NCBI GenBank assembly: GCA_963817465.1
Contig: CAWFOP010000003.1
Location: 9,286 to 73,285 of the forward strand
Source of the DNA: an uncultured Acidobacteriota bacterium
GTDB taxonomy: Bacteria > Acidobacteriota > Terriglobia > Bryobacterales > UBA6623
DNA: 64,000 bases
Reading direction: 5' to 3'
Below, in pieces: positions 43,108 through 55,644 of the stretch. Each line of letters opens with the position of its first letter. Position 1 is the first letter of the stretch. The notes beneath the pieces were generated by a model that was not told the origin of the DNA, made no database searches, and saw only the letters and a program-made list of their open reading frames with translations. Position numbers and translations under genes: made by a program.

Positions 43108-43485
43108 TTACGCTTCGAGGATGACCTGGGCGATGGCGCTGCGCGGGGTGTGGGACAGCGAGATGTGGACGCGCTTAGCGCCGAGGGCTTCTGCGCGCCG
43201 GCGCGCGCCCTCGGTGAGCACGAGGGTGGGGCACCCGCTCGGCGCATTGACGACTTCGAGGTGCTTCCAGTGCACGCCCTTGTCCCAGCCCGTGCCGAGC
43301 GCTTTCATGCCGGCTTCCTTGGCGGCGAAGCGAGCGGCGTAGCGCTCGTATTTGTTCGCCTTGGCCTCGACGTAGGCGATCTCGGCCGGCGTATACACGC
43401 GCTCCAGGAAGCGCTCGCCGTAGCGCTCGATGGATTGCCGCACGCGGTCGACTTCTTCGAGATCGATCCCGATGCCGACGATCAC
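43108..43485 (-). CDS. acpS: Holo-[acyl-carrier-protein] synthase
   Basis: GIGID, RFAAKEA.MKALGTG, HISLSH. Confidence 0.96.
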   Translation of the reverse strand: MIVGIGIDLEEVDRVRQSIERYGERFLERVYTPAEIAYVEAKANKYERYAARFAAKEAGMKALGTGWDKGVHWKHLEVVNAPSGCPTLVLTEGARRRAEALGAKRVHISLSHTPRSAIAQVILEA

Positions 43486-43488
43486 GGG

Positions 43489-43905
43489 CTAGAGGTCCTT
43501 CCCGGGCGACGTAATGGTCAGCTTGCCGTGCTTGACGCCTTTGGTGGAGATCAGGGCGTTGGAGAGGTTTTGCACGCGCTCAGAGGTTCCTTTGAGTACG
43601 AGCACCTCCAGGCAGTTGTCGTGGTCCATGTGGACGTGCATGGTCGACAGGATGGTCTCGTGATGGTCGTGTTGCATGTCGAGCAGCTTGTCGCTGAGCA
43701 TGCGGACGTGGTGGTCATAGACCAGCGTCAGCGAGCCGACCACTTCCGCCGTAGGAGCCTGGGACGCCTCTTCGACCAACTCGTCGCGGATCAAGTCACG
43801 GAACGCTTCGGAGCGATTCGTGTAGCCGCGCTGGCCGATCAAGGCGTCGAATTTGGCCAGCAAATCTTCGTCGATAGCGACACCGATACGGGCGAGTGCG
43901 CTCAT
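43489..43905 (-). CDS. nikR: Nickel-responsive transcriptional regulator
   Basis: RIGVAID...RGYTNRSEAFRDLIR; YDHH, HVHMDHDNCLE. Confidence 0.95.
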   Translation of the reverse strand: MSALARIGVAIDEDLLAKFDALIGQRGYTNRSEAFRDLIRDELVEEASQAPTAEVVGSLTLVYDHHVRMLSDKLLDMQHDHHETILSTMHVHMDHDNCLEVLVLKGTSERVQNLSNALISTKGVKHGKLTITSPGKDL

Positions 43906-43933
43906 GTCGGGAAGCGTAACACGGCGAGGCGGA

Positions 43934-44704
43934 TCAGCAGGACTTGCGGGCGACGGCTTCGACGAACTCGCAATGGATGCGGAAGCCGAGGCGGCGGTAG
44001 GTGCGGCAGGCGGCGGCGTTGGTCGCCACGACGTTGAGGACGATCGTCGGGACTCCGGCGGCGCGGATGCGATCGACGACGGCTGTGGTGACGGCCGCGC
44101 CGAGCCCGCTGCCGCGGCAATCGCGGCGCACGTAGACGTTGCCCAAGGCCGCCACGCCCTCGGACGGCGCGAAGACGTGTGTTCCTCCGGCGGCGACGAG
44201 CTCGTCGCCGTCCCACACTCCCTCGTACACTCCGATGTCGAGCATCGCGGGCAAGAAGAACTCGGGATGCTCGCCGCGGGGCCGCCCTTCCTCATAGAGC
44301 GCCTCGACGGCGCCGCGATGCGCGGACGTAAGGCGTCGAGTTTCGACTGTGCGACAAGCCTCGTAGCTGTCCGCATCGAGAGCCATGCGATACATCAGAC
44401 GTCGGCGCTCGAAGGCGTAGCCTCGCTCGGCCAGCGGCTCGAGCAGGGACTCGTGGACGGACAGATAGAACGCGGGCTCGTGCGCGACTTCATCCAGCAG
44501 CGCAGCGAGCGCGGCCGGCTCCCCGGCCGGGACGAGCAACGGCGGCTCGAAGGCGCGGTAGATCAACCACACCGTGTCTCCGTCGCCGCGCCATTCGGCG
44601 TGCTCGCGGTAGCCGGGCGTGAGGTCGGCGAGCGTGAAAGCCGACCAGATGCGATCGCGATGCAGGATGCGCCTGACGGCGTCAAGGTCGGTCAGGCGCG
44701 GCAT
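43934..44704 (-). CDS. GNAT family acetyltransferase
   Basis: LGNVYV...RGSGLG, N.AA..TY.RLGF. Confidence 0.88.
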   Translation of the reverse strand: MPRLTDLDAVRRILHRDRIWSAFTLADLTPGYREHAEWRGDGDTVWLIYRAFEPPLLVPAGEPAALAALLDEVAHEPAFYLSVHESLLEPLAERGYAFERRRLMYRMALDADSYEACRTVETRRLTSAHRGAVEALYEEGRPRGEHPEFFLPAMLDIGVYEGVWDGDELVAAGGTHVFAPSEGVAALGNVYVRRDCRGSGLGAAVTTAVVDRIRAAGVPTIVLNVVATNAAACRTYRRLGFRIHCEFVEAVARKSC

Positions 44705-44717
44705 GAGCGGAGTTTCC

Positions 44718-46406
<1,689 letters not shown>

Positions 46407-46475
46407 TGCGGGACTCAGTTTAGCAGCGCCTCGGCGGGAAACTAGACAGGCGAGGGAGTCGCCTGGGGCGCGTCG

Positions 46476-48292
46476 TTACTTGTCCTTAGGACGGTGCTTG
46501 AGGTCGGCGGGAGGCGGCAGCGGCTCGTCCGCTTCTTTCTTGTCGTCGTCGCCGCCCGTGAACACTCCCTTGACGGCCGAACCGGCTTTACCAAGGCCGG
46601 AGCCGACGGTCTTGACGGCCGCTTCCGCGCCTGCGCCGACGGTCTCGAGCGCCGAGTCGCCGTCTTTTCGCTCGGGGCGCGGCAGAGCCGTGAGTTGCGT
46701 CAGGGGAACCTCCTTGAACGGTAGGTCAACGCTGATCGCGCGGTGATCGGAGAGAGGGTGCTCAAAGGCCTTGTTGACCTCAGCGAGCGTTCTCCCGAAA
46801 TGCGGCGCGAAGACGTAGGGGCCTTCCGTCCGCCGCGGGTCTTCGATGTACGGCTTGACGAAAATCCAGTCGAGCTTAGCCTTGCCGATCGGGCCGAACG
46901 TTCGGTCGACCTCGAAGGTGACGACGAACCCCTTGCCGTCGCGCTCGTTGGAGTTGCCAAGCGAGCCGCTGTGGCCCGTCGCCGTGCGCTCGTCGTCTCC
47001 GCGGAAGTCAAAGACCGTGCCGTCGTCGAAGCGGAAATTTTCGATCGCCTCGAAGAATTGCTCCTCGGGATTGGGCGCCAGGATGGGGACGTTTTGGGCG
47101 GTCGGGTCTTGGTTGTTCTTCCAGAAGTTGATGCCGCCGCGCGCCAAGTCGTAGAGCAGTCCCACGCCGGTGCCGTATTTGATGCCTGTATTAGCCCAGT
47201 AGGCGGGGTCGCCAAAGCGCCGTTTGAGCTCACGCTTGAGGCTGGTCGGCTCGCTGTTGCCGCCGGAGGTGTTCATATCGCCGGCGATGATCACCGGGTT
47301 GCGGTCCGCCTTGGTCGCGGCGAGGATCTGCTCGAGCTGCTCGCGGCGCTGCTTGGGCTCGGCGCGAATCTCGAGGTGCGTCGCCACGACGGTGATGCGG
47401 CCTTCCGCGACATCGGGAACGGCCAGATGGACCTCGAGATACATGCGCCCGCCGCGACGAATCTCGCGCGAGATCGTCTCGGCCAGCACCAGCTCGGCGG
47501 CCTTGCGTTTGCCGGCCTCGACCGGTGAGACTTGCTTTTCTCGGAATCGAACCAGTCGTAGGGCTGCAGCTCAAAGGGCGTCAACTTGGCGTCGAGGATC
47601 GGGTAGCGAGACAGCAACGCCGTACCGTGCAGCGCCTGGACACGGTTGGGGTCGACGGCGGTGGCTTCGAGCAATTGCTTGCGGGCGACTTCGTCCTCGA
47701 TATCAGCGAACTGCTCGGTTCCAAGAGGGATCGGATCGACCTCGACGAACTCGACGCCGTAGGTCCAGTTCATGTTCAGAGCTTCGGCCAGCGCCCGGGC
47801 GACCGAGCGGTAGCCGCTGCGCTTGAGGCCCCAGTCGGCTTCGTTGAGCACGATCACGTCGGCGCCGTCCAGCACGGCCAGCTCTTCGCGAAGGTCGGCG
47901 ACGTCCAGGTCGGGATTCTCAGCGGCAGCCGCCCCCACGAACGCCTCGGGGTCGGTGAAGGCCATGATGATCTTGTCGAGATTGAAGCCGCGCTCGATAT
48001 TCCACGAGACGACGCGCAGGCTCGGGCCTAGGCCGGGCGGCTCGGGCCGGTGGGGGCGAGCGCCGCGATAGTAGGCTTCATTGCTGAGGAACGGAGTCGT
48101 CAGGAGCTGATCGAGCTTCGCCTGCATCGCCGGCTCGAGCGGCGCGTCGCGGCCGAGGACGGCGAGCTCGTCATACGCGAACAGATCGGGTTGGCTGTAG
48201 CGCGGCGGGTCTTGAGCGGCGGCGGTGATCGCCGCGGCGACGAGCAGCAGTGCGAAACAAATCAGCCGGAGCGCGTTCAACTGATGCGACAT
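46476..48292 (-). CDS. Secreted endonuclease/exonuclease/phosphatase family protein, frameshift near 47535
   Basis: SWNIERG, LNEAD, ALLSRYPI in the first frame; THLE, AGDMNT, LDWIF, SDH in the second; break at an A4 run. Confidence 0.85.
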
Positions 48293-48328
48293 GTCTGTGG
48301 ACGGTGGAGCCATGCTTGCGCCTGGGCG

Positions 48329-50215
48329 TTACTTGCCCGCTTCGGCGGCGCGGCCGACGGCGCGGCTGTTGGCGTAGATCAGCCACAGGATCACGGCGTA
48401 GGACGCGAGGGTGAATACGTTGCTGTCAAACAACGGGATCGGAAATTCGCGGTCGGAGACGCTGCGCGGGATGGCGATCAAGATGCCCGCGATCGCCTCG
48501 CCGGCGATGAGGCCCGAGGCGATCAGCACGCCGCGGTGCTTCGCCGCCTCGCCGTAGCGGCCGAGCATGTGGTTGATGAGCCCGCCGACGAAGATCGGGA
48601 CGCTGAGCCCGAGCGGCAGGTAGATGCCGACCGCCACCGGCATTACGTGCGCACGAAAGCCGCTGCCCGAGCTCTTCAGGAAGCCGTCGAGGACGAGCAG
48701 CGCCACGGCGACTAGCGCGCCGATGCCGACCATCAGCCAGGGCATCTGCGCGTCGGTGAACAGGGCCTTGGCGATGTTGGCGAACAGGGCCGCCTGGGGC
48801 GCGCGCAGCGATTGCTCGCCGCCGGTGCCGATGCCGTAGGCGTTTTGCAGCAACGTCAGGATCGGGGCGATCACCATCGCCGGGAAGATGACGCCCATAA
48901 TTTGCGCGACTTGCTGCCGCCAAGGGGTCGCGCCGACCAATTGGCCCGTTTTGAGGTCTTGCGACGTATCGCCGGCGGTCGCCGCGGCGCAACAGACGAC
49001 GCCCGCCACGCCCAGCGAGGCGAGGATGCCGGTTGGCCCGGTCATGCCGAGCAGCAACAAGATGATCGACGAGAAGATCAGAGCGCAGATCGTCATGCCC
49101 GAGATCGGGTTGTTGGAGCTGCCGACCAGCCCGACGATGTAGCTCGAGACGGCGACGAAGAAGAATGACGCAATGATCATGACGACGCCCGCCGTCACGG
49201 CGACGTCGACGCGATTGGTGAGCTCGTAGTAGAGGCCGATGGTCGCCACGGCGCACAGGATCAGCAAGGGAAAGATGCGGGAGTTCGGCAGGTCCTGCTG
49301 GGTGCGCTCGACGACGGCGGCCGCCTTTTTCATACCGCCCATCACGTCGCGCACGCCGCGGACGATGCCCGCGCGGATGCTCCACATCGACGACAGGCCG
49401 CCGACGATCATGGCGCCGACGCCCATGTAGCGAATCTGGTCGCCCCAGGCGGCCCAGGCCGCATCGAGCGGGGAGCCGGCGGGCATCGGCGCGGTCATGT
49501 AATAGATCGGGATGCCAATGAGCCAACCGATCACGCCGCCGAAGAAGACGAGCGCGCCCACCTCGAGCCCGACGATCAAGCCGACGCCGAGCAGGGCGAC
49601 CGACATGTCGGAGCCGAAGTAGAGCACCGTCCGTCCGACGCCGACCGCGCCTTCGACCACGGGCTTGAAGACCGCCACCAGCCCGCTCAACGACTTGAAG
49701 ACCGCGCCGCCGAGCAACGAGGCGAAGATCGCCTTGAGGTCGCGGCCGCCGGATTGGCCGGCTTCGAGAACCTGCGCGCAGGCGACGCCTTCGGGGTAGA
49801 TCAGCTCGTCGTCTTCGACGATCAGCGTCTTGCGCAGCGGAATCATGAACAGCACGCCGAGCACGCCGCCCAACATGCCGATCATCGTGACCTTCCAGTA
49901 CGGGAAGTCTTGCCAGACGCCGGCGATCACCAGCGCCGGCACGGTGAAGATGATTCCCGCCGCGACGGATTCGCCCGCCGACGCCATCGTCTGGACGATG
50001 TTGTTCTCGAGAATCGTCCCTTGGCGCAAGATGCCGCGCAGGATGCCCATCGAGACGATCGCCGCCGGGATGGAAGCCGAAACGGTCATGCCCGCGTACA
50101 AGCCCAGGTAGGTGTTGGCCGCGGTCATGACCAGGCCGATGAGCAGGCCAAGGAAGACGGCGCGGCCGGAAAGCTCGGCGAGGTCGGTTGCGGGGCGTTT
50201 TTCGGGCGACGTCAT
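48329..50215 (-). CDS. Oligopeptide transporter, OPT family
   Basis: YLGLYAGMTVSASIPAA, YPEGVACA, QDLKTG.LVGATP, APQA. Confidence 0.93.
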   Translation of the reverse strand: MTSPEKRPATDLAELSGRAVFLGLLIGLVMTAANTYLGLYAGMTVSASIPAAIVSMGILRGILRQGTILENNIVQTMASAGESVAAGIIFTVPALVIAGVWQDFPYWKVTMIGMLGGVLGVLFMIPLRKTLIVEDDELIYPEGVACAQVLEAGQSGGRDLKAIFASLLGGAVFKSLSGLVAVFKPVVEGAVGVGRTVLYFGSDMSVALLGVGLIVGLEVGALVFFGGVIGWLIGIPIYYMTAPMPAGSPLDAAWAAWGDQIRYMGVGAMIVGGLSSMWSIRAGIVRGVRDVMGGMKKAAAVVERTQQDLPNSRIFPLLILCAVATIGLYYELTNRVDVAVTAGVVMIIASFFFVAVSSYIVGLVGSSNNPISGMTICALIFSSIILLLLGMTGPTGILASLGVAGVVCCAAATAGDTSQDLKTGQLVGATPWRQQVAQIMGVIFPAMVIAPILTLLQNAYGIGTGGEQSLRAPQAALFANIAKALFTDAQMPWLMVGIGALVAVALLVLDGFLKSSGSGFRAHVMPVAVGIYLPLGLSVPIFVGGLINHMLGRYGEAAKHRGVLIASGLIAGEAIAGILIAIPRSVSDREFPIPLFDSNVFTLASYAVILWLIYANSRAVGRAAEAGK

Positions 50216-50312
50216 ACCAGTGATGCCATTGTAGACAGGGGTTGCGGGCGTTCCGGTTGCCGGGCGGAGAAAAAAGATCTTGACAGCGAACCCACTCTTA
50301 CGGCTTTATACG

Positions 50313-50328
50313 TACTAACGAATTAGTA
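50313..50328. promoter_or_regulatory. BlaI-type operator palindrome
   Basis: TACTAA-CGAA-TTAGTA perfect inverted repeat overlapping the ATG of the repressor; TTGACA at 50280. Confidence 0.7.
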
Positions 50329-50714
50329 TGAGACCGCAAGCGACTACCTTGACCGAGCAAGAGCTCGAGCTGATGAAAATCGTTTGGGCGCTGGGCAAGC
50401 CCACCGTCCGCGAGGTCTACGAAAAGCTTCTCGAGCGGCGGAAGGTCGCCTATACGACCGTGATGACGATGCTGAACGTGCTCGCCGACAAGGGCCGCCT
50501 GAAAAAGCGCAAGGAGGGCAAGGCCTTCGTCTACGCCCCGGTCGAACCGCGCAACAAGGTAGTGGGCTCCATGGTGCGGGAGTTCGTAGGAAGGGTTTTC
50601 GACGGCAGCGCCAAGCCGCTGCTGGTGCAACTGGTCCAAGACCGCAAGTTGTCGGAAGAGGATCTGGACGACATTCGGCGGATGATTCGCGAGAGCGAGG
50701 GAGGCGAGTCGTGA
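50328..50714 (+). CDS. BlaI/MecI/CopY family repressor
   Basis: LTEQELELMKIVW, AYTTVMTML..L..KG, F.GS...L. Confidence 0.93.
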   Translation: MRPQATTLTEQELELMKIVWALGKPTVREVYEKLLERRKVAYTTVMTMLNVLADKGRLKKRKEGKAFVYAPVEPRNKVVGSMVREFVGRVFDGSAKPLLVQLVQDRKLSEEDLDDIRRMIRESEGGES

Positions 50715-51956
50715 TTCCGGGATGGCTGACGCTCGAGGCGACGCTCGCGTATTCGCTGCAGTTCGCTGCGGTGGGGCTGCTGGGATTGCTGCTGCCGCGG
50801 CTGTTGCGGATACGCGACCCGGAGGCGCTCGAGACGGTCTGGGTCGCGACGCTGGCGTTGGCGCTGGCTGCGCCGCTGCTGCCGTTCCTGCCGGCTGGAG
50901 TTGTGAACGCCGGGGCGTTTCGGTTTTCCGCGGACGCGGCTGCGGCGGCGGCCCCCGAGGCGGCGCGCCTGACGCTGCCGCTGTTGCTCGCAGTCGGCGT
51001 CGCTGTGATGTTGACGTGGCGCATGTTGGGACTGGTTCGGCTGTGGCTGCTGCGCAGGGCGGCGACGCCCCTGGAGCCGACCGACGTTCTCGGCGCGGAA
51101 ACCATCGAGTTGCAGCGCCGTCTAGGCGCCGCGGCCAAGTACTTTCGCTGCGACGGCATCGCAAGCCCGCTGGTGTGCGGCGTCATGAGGCCCGCTGTCC
51201 TGCTGCCTCGGTCGTTCTTTGCAGCGCCCCACGAACAGCGGCGCGCCGTGTTGGCTCACGAGCTGATTCACGTTCGGCGCAAGGACTGGGCCGGACTGTT
51301 GGGCTTGGAGGTTTCGCGAAGCCTGCTGTGGTTCCACCCGGTGGTGCATTTGCTGCTCAACCGCATCGCGAACGTGCGCGAGCAAGTGGTTGATCGCCGA
51401 GCGATCGCGCTCACCGCCGACCGCCGTTCTTACCTGGAAGCTTTGATCTCGATCGCGCGGGCGCCGACGCCGCATGATCGCCTTCTGGCCCCGCTATTTC
51501 TCGAAAGGAGTCGTTTGAAGCAACGCGTGCAAGTCATCTTGGAGGAGAAACCGATGCCGAAACTCGAACGCTACGCCTGGGTCGCGATGGTCGCCCTGGC
51601 CTTGTTCACAGCCGCCGATTGGGCGCGCGATTCGTTCCCGGTCTACGCGCAGTCCAGCGAAAAGGTGTACAAGGTCGGAACCGAAGGCGTGACGGCGTCC
51701 GAAACTGCTGAGCAAGGTCGAGCCCGCGTACACCGAGGAGGCTCGCGACGCGAAGATCGAGGGGACCGTAACGCTCTCGATAGAGGTGCATCCCGACGGC
51801 CGAGCGTACAACATTCGCGTACTACAAGGGCTGGAAGGGGGACTGAACGAGAAGGGCGTCGAGGCGGTGGAGGCCTGGCGATTCAAGCCCGCTGTGAAGA
51901 GCGGCAAGCCTGTGACGGTGTCCGCGACCGTTGAGATCAACTTCCGGCTCGAGTGA
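50711..51956 (+). CDS. BlaR1-like M56 peptidase fused to a TonB C-terminal domain; +1 frameshift near 51699
   Basis: GTGA overlap with the repressor stop; HELIH, WFHP, REQVVD; shifted frame PKLLSKVEPAYTEEARDAKIEGTV...WRFKPAVKSGKPV...INFRLE*. Confidence 0.85.
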
Positions 51957-52000
51957 GCGGCGGAACGCCGCCGCGAGAGAACGATTGATAATCTTGTCAG

Positions 52001-53317
52001 TTGCGTCTCTGCCGGTTGCGTCTCCCTGTTCTGTTGCTTGCTGTGCTGCCGATTGCCGCACTGCCGCTGTGCGCGCAGGCGCCTCCCGATCGCAATCCCT
52101 TGAATTCCGATCTGCCCTCGTGGCTGACCCTCGGAATCGAACAGCGGGTGCGCTTCGAGGATTTCAAGTCGATTCACTTCGACCCCGAGGATGACGACGG
52201 CTATACCCTGACGCGGCTGCTGTTCGACGCCAGCGTTCGCCCGACCAAACATCTGCGCTTTTTCGCGCAGGGTCAGGATTCGCGCGGATACGGGTTGTCG
52301 AAAGACAAGCCGCGGCCCGGCGTGCGCGACACCTTCGATCTGCGGCAAGCCTATGTGGTCGTCGGCGACGAGCGCTCCGGCGCGTGGGATTTGAAGGTCG
52401 GGAGGCAGGAGCTGGTGTTCGGGTCCGAGCGGCTGCTCGGCATCAATCGCTGGTCGAACTTGCCGCGCAGCTCCGACGCCGCCAAGCTGGCGTTCCATCG
52501 CGGCGACGACCGGGTCGACATCTTCGCTTCGTCGGTGGTGCGGGTCGACCCCGACGGCTTCGACCATCACCAGGACGGCTTCAATCTGCACGGAGTCTAT
52601 GCATCTCTGCGGTCGGTGATCCCTCACCATACGTTCGAGCCGCACCTGCTGTGGAGGACGCGGCCCCGGGTGGTCGACGAGTCGGGCCGCACGGGCGATT
52701 CGGACATCTTCACCGGCGGCTTGCGCATTGCGTCGGCGCACGATTCGCAGTGGGACTACATGCTCGAGCTGGACTGGCAGCGGGGCATGTACGCCGCGGA
52801 CCGCCTGCGGGCGTTCATGGGCATGGGCCAAGTGGGCTATACGTTCGCCCGGCCCTGGTCGCCCAGGCTGATGGCGGAATATACGTTCGCGAGCGGAGAC
52901 GAGGGCCGCGGCGACGGCGAGATCGGGACGTTCGACCAGATCCAGACGCGCGCCCACCGCATCTGGGGCATCGCCGACCAGGTGGGCGGCCGCAACTCGA
53001 AGATCCTGCAAACCGGCCTGCACTTCAGGCCGTTCGGCCCGCTCGAGATCAAGCTCGATCACTATGCCTACTGGCTGGCGAATCGCAATGACGCGCTGTA
53101 TCGCAACAACGGCAGCCTGTGGGTTCCCGCCGTGCCGGGAGGAGCCCAAGAGACGTTCGTCGGCAACGAGATCGACCTGTACGGCACGCTCGCGGTCACG
53201 CCGTTTTTGGGGTTCGGCGGAGGCGTGGGGCACATGTTTCCCGGCGGCTTTCTGGACCGCTACACAGCCGGCGGGTCGCCGCAAATCGCCTACGTCTTCG
53301 CGACGTTCAAGATGTGA
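52001..53317 (+). CDS. Alginate export family outer-membrane beta-barrel
   Basis: Signal peptide; DLRQAY, GRQEL.FGSERL, ASGD...TFDQ, G.EID; aromatic C-terminus. Confidence 0.85.
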   Translation: MRLCRLRLPVLLLAVLPIAALPLCAQAPPDRNPLNSDLPSWLTLGIEQRVRFEDFKSIHFDPEDDDGYTLTRLLFDASVRPTKHLRFFAQGQDSRGYGLSKDKPRPGVRDTFDLRQAYVVVGDERSGAWDLKVGRQELVFGSERLLGINRWSNLPRSSDAAKLAFHRGDDRVDIFASSVVRVDPDGFDHHQDGFNLHGVYASLRSVIPHHTFEPHLLWRTRPRVVDESGRTGDSDIFTGGLRIASAHDSQWDYMLELDWQRGMYAADRLRAFMGMGQVGYTFARPWSPRLMAEYTFASGDEGRGDGEIGTFDQIQTRAHRIWGIADQVGGRNSKILQTGLHFRPFGPLEIKLDHYAYWLANRNDALYRNNGSLWVPAVPGGAQETFVGNEIDLYGTLAVTPFLGFGGGVGHMFPGGFLDRYTAGGSPQIAYVFATFKM

Positions 53318-53357
53318 TCGCCCTGTCGCGGGTGATGCGAAAACAGAGCTGCGTCCG

Positions 53358-55061
53358 TCAGGGCGCGTCCTCGATGCGCCTCAACGTCACGTCGCCGAGC
53401 GCGGAGTTGTCGCGGATGATCTCGCGCGGCCGGCCGGCGGTCTGCGCCCAGATGCCGAGCTTAGCCGGGCCCGCGGGCAACTCGACAACAGCGGCGCGGC
53501 TGTCGGCGTCGATCGGATAGGTCCGCCCGTCGCCGTTGACCTCGACGTGCATCTGGTTGGGCTCATCGCCGGGCGCGGTGTTGACGCTGGCCTCGTAGCG
53601 GCCGGCGCGTTCGATCTCGACCGTCCATGTCGTGGGCGCTCCGTCGACGAATGTGGCGTCCTGGTAGCGGCAAAGCAGCAGCGGGTTCTCGGCGTCGGAA
53701 CCGATGTGGATCACGCCGGGCGTGAAGTCGCGCGAGGACTTGACGTCGGCGAACCAGGCTTCGTACCGCGCGCGCAGGTCGGCGGCGAGGTCGGGCTTTT
53801 GAGCCGCCAGGTCTTGCGACTCTCCCGGATCTTCGGCCAGATCGTAGAGCTCGACCGGCGGCTCGCCCGAGTAAGACCAATCCTCGTCGTTGAACGTCTC
53901 CGGCCCCAGGACCAGCTTGTACTGCTGCGTGATGACGGCCGCGTTCTGGTAGAGCCGCGGCGTGAGGCCGCGGTGGACTTGCGTGAAGTGCGTGCGGTCG
54001 GGGAGCGTCTCGCCGCGGAACAGCGGCGCCAGGCTTTGGCCGTCGAACGGGCGGCCGGGGGAGGCTCGACGCCGGCCCATTCGAGCAAGGTGGGAGCGAC
54101 GTCGATGTGGGCGGCGACGTTGTCGAACTTGCGCTGACCCTCGAAGCCGTCGGGCCATTGCCAGAAGCTGAGCGCGCGTACGCCGCCTTCGTACGTCATG
54201 CCTTTGCGTCCGCGCAGGCCCGCCGTATAGCGCGTCTGCTGCGGGCCGTTGTCGCTGATGACGGCGATGACGGTGTTCTCGCGCAGGCCGAGGTCGTCGA
54301 GACGGATCGAGCAGGCGGTCGAGATTCCGGTCGATGTTTTCGACCATGCCGTAGACGCGCGCGGTCGTCTCGTCGAGGCCGGCGTCGGCGTAGGGCTTCC
54401 AATAGGCGTCCGCCACTTCGAGCGGCGTGTGGGGCGCGTTGGTGGGCAAGTAAATGAAGAACGGCTCGTCGCGATGCTTTTCCGCGAACGCCATCGCGGC
54501 GTCGAAGAAGACGTCGGTGCAATAGCCCTTGGATTTGAACTTCTCGTCGTTGCGCCACAGCCAGGGGTCGAAATAGCTGTTGGGCTTGTCGGGCGCTTGA
54601 TCGATGCCGCCGGACTTGTGCCAGACGGCTTCTTCGAAGCCTTGGTCGGTGGGGCGCATGGGGTAGTTGTCGCCCAGGTGCCATTTGCCGAATAGGCCGG
54701 TGCGGTACCCGGCGCCGCGGAGCATTTCGGCGAGGGTCGTTTCGTCGCCGTGCATCTTGGCGCCGCCGCGCGAAGTGTGGATGATGCCGGAGCGGTAGTG
54801 GTAGCGTCCGGTCATCAGCGCCGAGCGGGTCGGAGCGCAGACGGGTTCGACGTAGAAGCGCGTCAGCTCGACGCCGTCGGTCGCGAAACGATCGAGCGTC
54901 GGCGTGCGGATCTTGTCGTTGCCGTGGACGCCGACATCGCCGTAACCCTGATCGTCGGTGAGGATCAGGATGATGTTGGGCTTGCTGTCGCGCGTCGGGG
55001 GCGCCGCTGACTGGCATGCCGCCAGCAAGATCGAGCACAGCGCCAGGGCTGAGAACCGCAT
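53358..55061 (-). CDS. Arylsulfatase lipoprotein; two compensating frameshifts (about 54305 and 54060)
   Basis: LAAC lipobox, NIILILTDDQG, CAPTR, GKWHLG; SDNG and YEGG lie in a shifted middle frame. Confidence 0.88.
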   Translation of the reverse strand: MRFSALALCSILLAACQSAAPPTRDSKPNIILILTDDQGYGDVGVHGNDKIRTPTLDRFATDGVELTRFYVEPVCAPTRSALMTGRYHYRSGIIHTSRGGAKMHGDETTLAEMLRGAGYRTGLFGKWHLGDNYPMRPTDQGFEEAVWHKSGGIDQAPDKPNSYFDPWLWRNDEKFKSKGYCTDVFFDAAMAFAEKHRDEPFFIYLPTNAPHTPLEVADAYWKPYADAGLDETTARVYGMVENIDRNLDRLLDPSRRPRPAREHRHRRHQRQRPAADALYGGPARTQRHDVRRRRTRAQLLAMARRLRGSAQVRQRRRPHRRRSHLARMGRRRASPGRPFDGQSLAPLFRGETLPDRTHFTQVHRGLTPRLYQNAAVITQQYKLVLGPETFNDEDWSYSGEPPVELYDLAEDPGESQDLAAQKPDLAADLRARYEAWFADVKSSRDFTPGVIHIGSDAENPLLLCRYQDATFVDGAPTTWTVEIERAGRYEASVNTAPGDEPNQMHVEVNGDGRTYPIDADSRAAVVELPAGPAKLGIWAQTAGRPREIIRDNSALGDVTLRRIEDAP

Positions 55062-55237
55062 CTCGAAGAGTTTAGCGTCGGCGCCGCGGATCGGCGCGTG
55101 CCCAAGTCTGCGGTCGCGCGATGTCGACAACTGCGCTTGCCGCTGGAGAACACTGGTAGAGATCCGCACGAGCGGCGGACAGCCGGCTTGCCCGTAGGCT
55201 GAAGTTGCGGCTCGCATCGCAGTTGGCGCACATTCAG

Positions 55238-55597
55238 ATGCACTTTCATCGATTCTTGGGGATTCGTGTCGTTGAAGAGCGAGAGGACGGCGTGACGCTG
55301 GAGCTCCCGATCTCCGACGAATTCGCCAACTCGTACGGCCAGGTTCACGGCGGAATCACGGCGACGCTCGTGGATGCCGCGTTCGGCGTGGCGATTCAGA
55401 AGCGCTACGGCGAGGAGCGCAACACGGCGACGGTGGAGATGAGCGTCAGCTATCTGCGCCCTGCGTCGAAAGGCGTGCTGCGGGCGAGATCGCGGTTTAT
55501 CAAGACGGGGCGAACGCTGGTGCGCGGCCAAGTGGACGTCTATGACGGCGACGACAACCACATCGCCACGGGGCTCGTCACGTTTATGTTGCTGTAG
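55238..55597 (+). CDS. PaaI family thioesterase
   Basis: N.YGQVHGGITATLVD, TVEMSVSYLRP. Confidence 0.9.
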   Translation: MHFHRFLGIRVVEEREDGVTLELPISDEFANSYGQVHGGITATLVDAAFGVAIQKRYGEERNTATVEMSVSYLRPASKGVLRARSRFIKTGRTLVRGQVDVYDGDDNHIATGLVTFMLL

Positions 55598-55644
55598 GGC
55601 CGAGGGTTGCGGCCCCATGGTAAAGTGGAGGCTTAGGAATCGGC

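Noticed and set aside
43906-44376. N-terminal extension of nikR
   Set aside because: It is an alternative frame inside the GNAT gene; NikR homology begins at ATG 43905.
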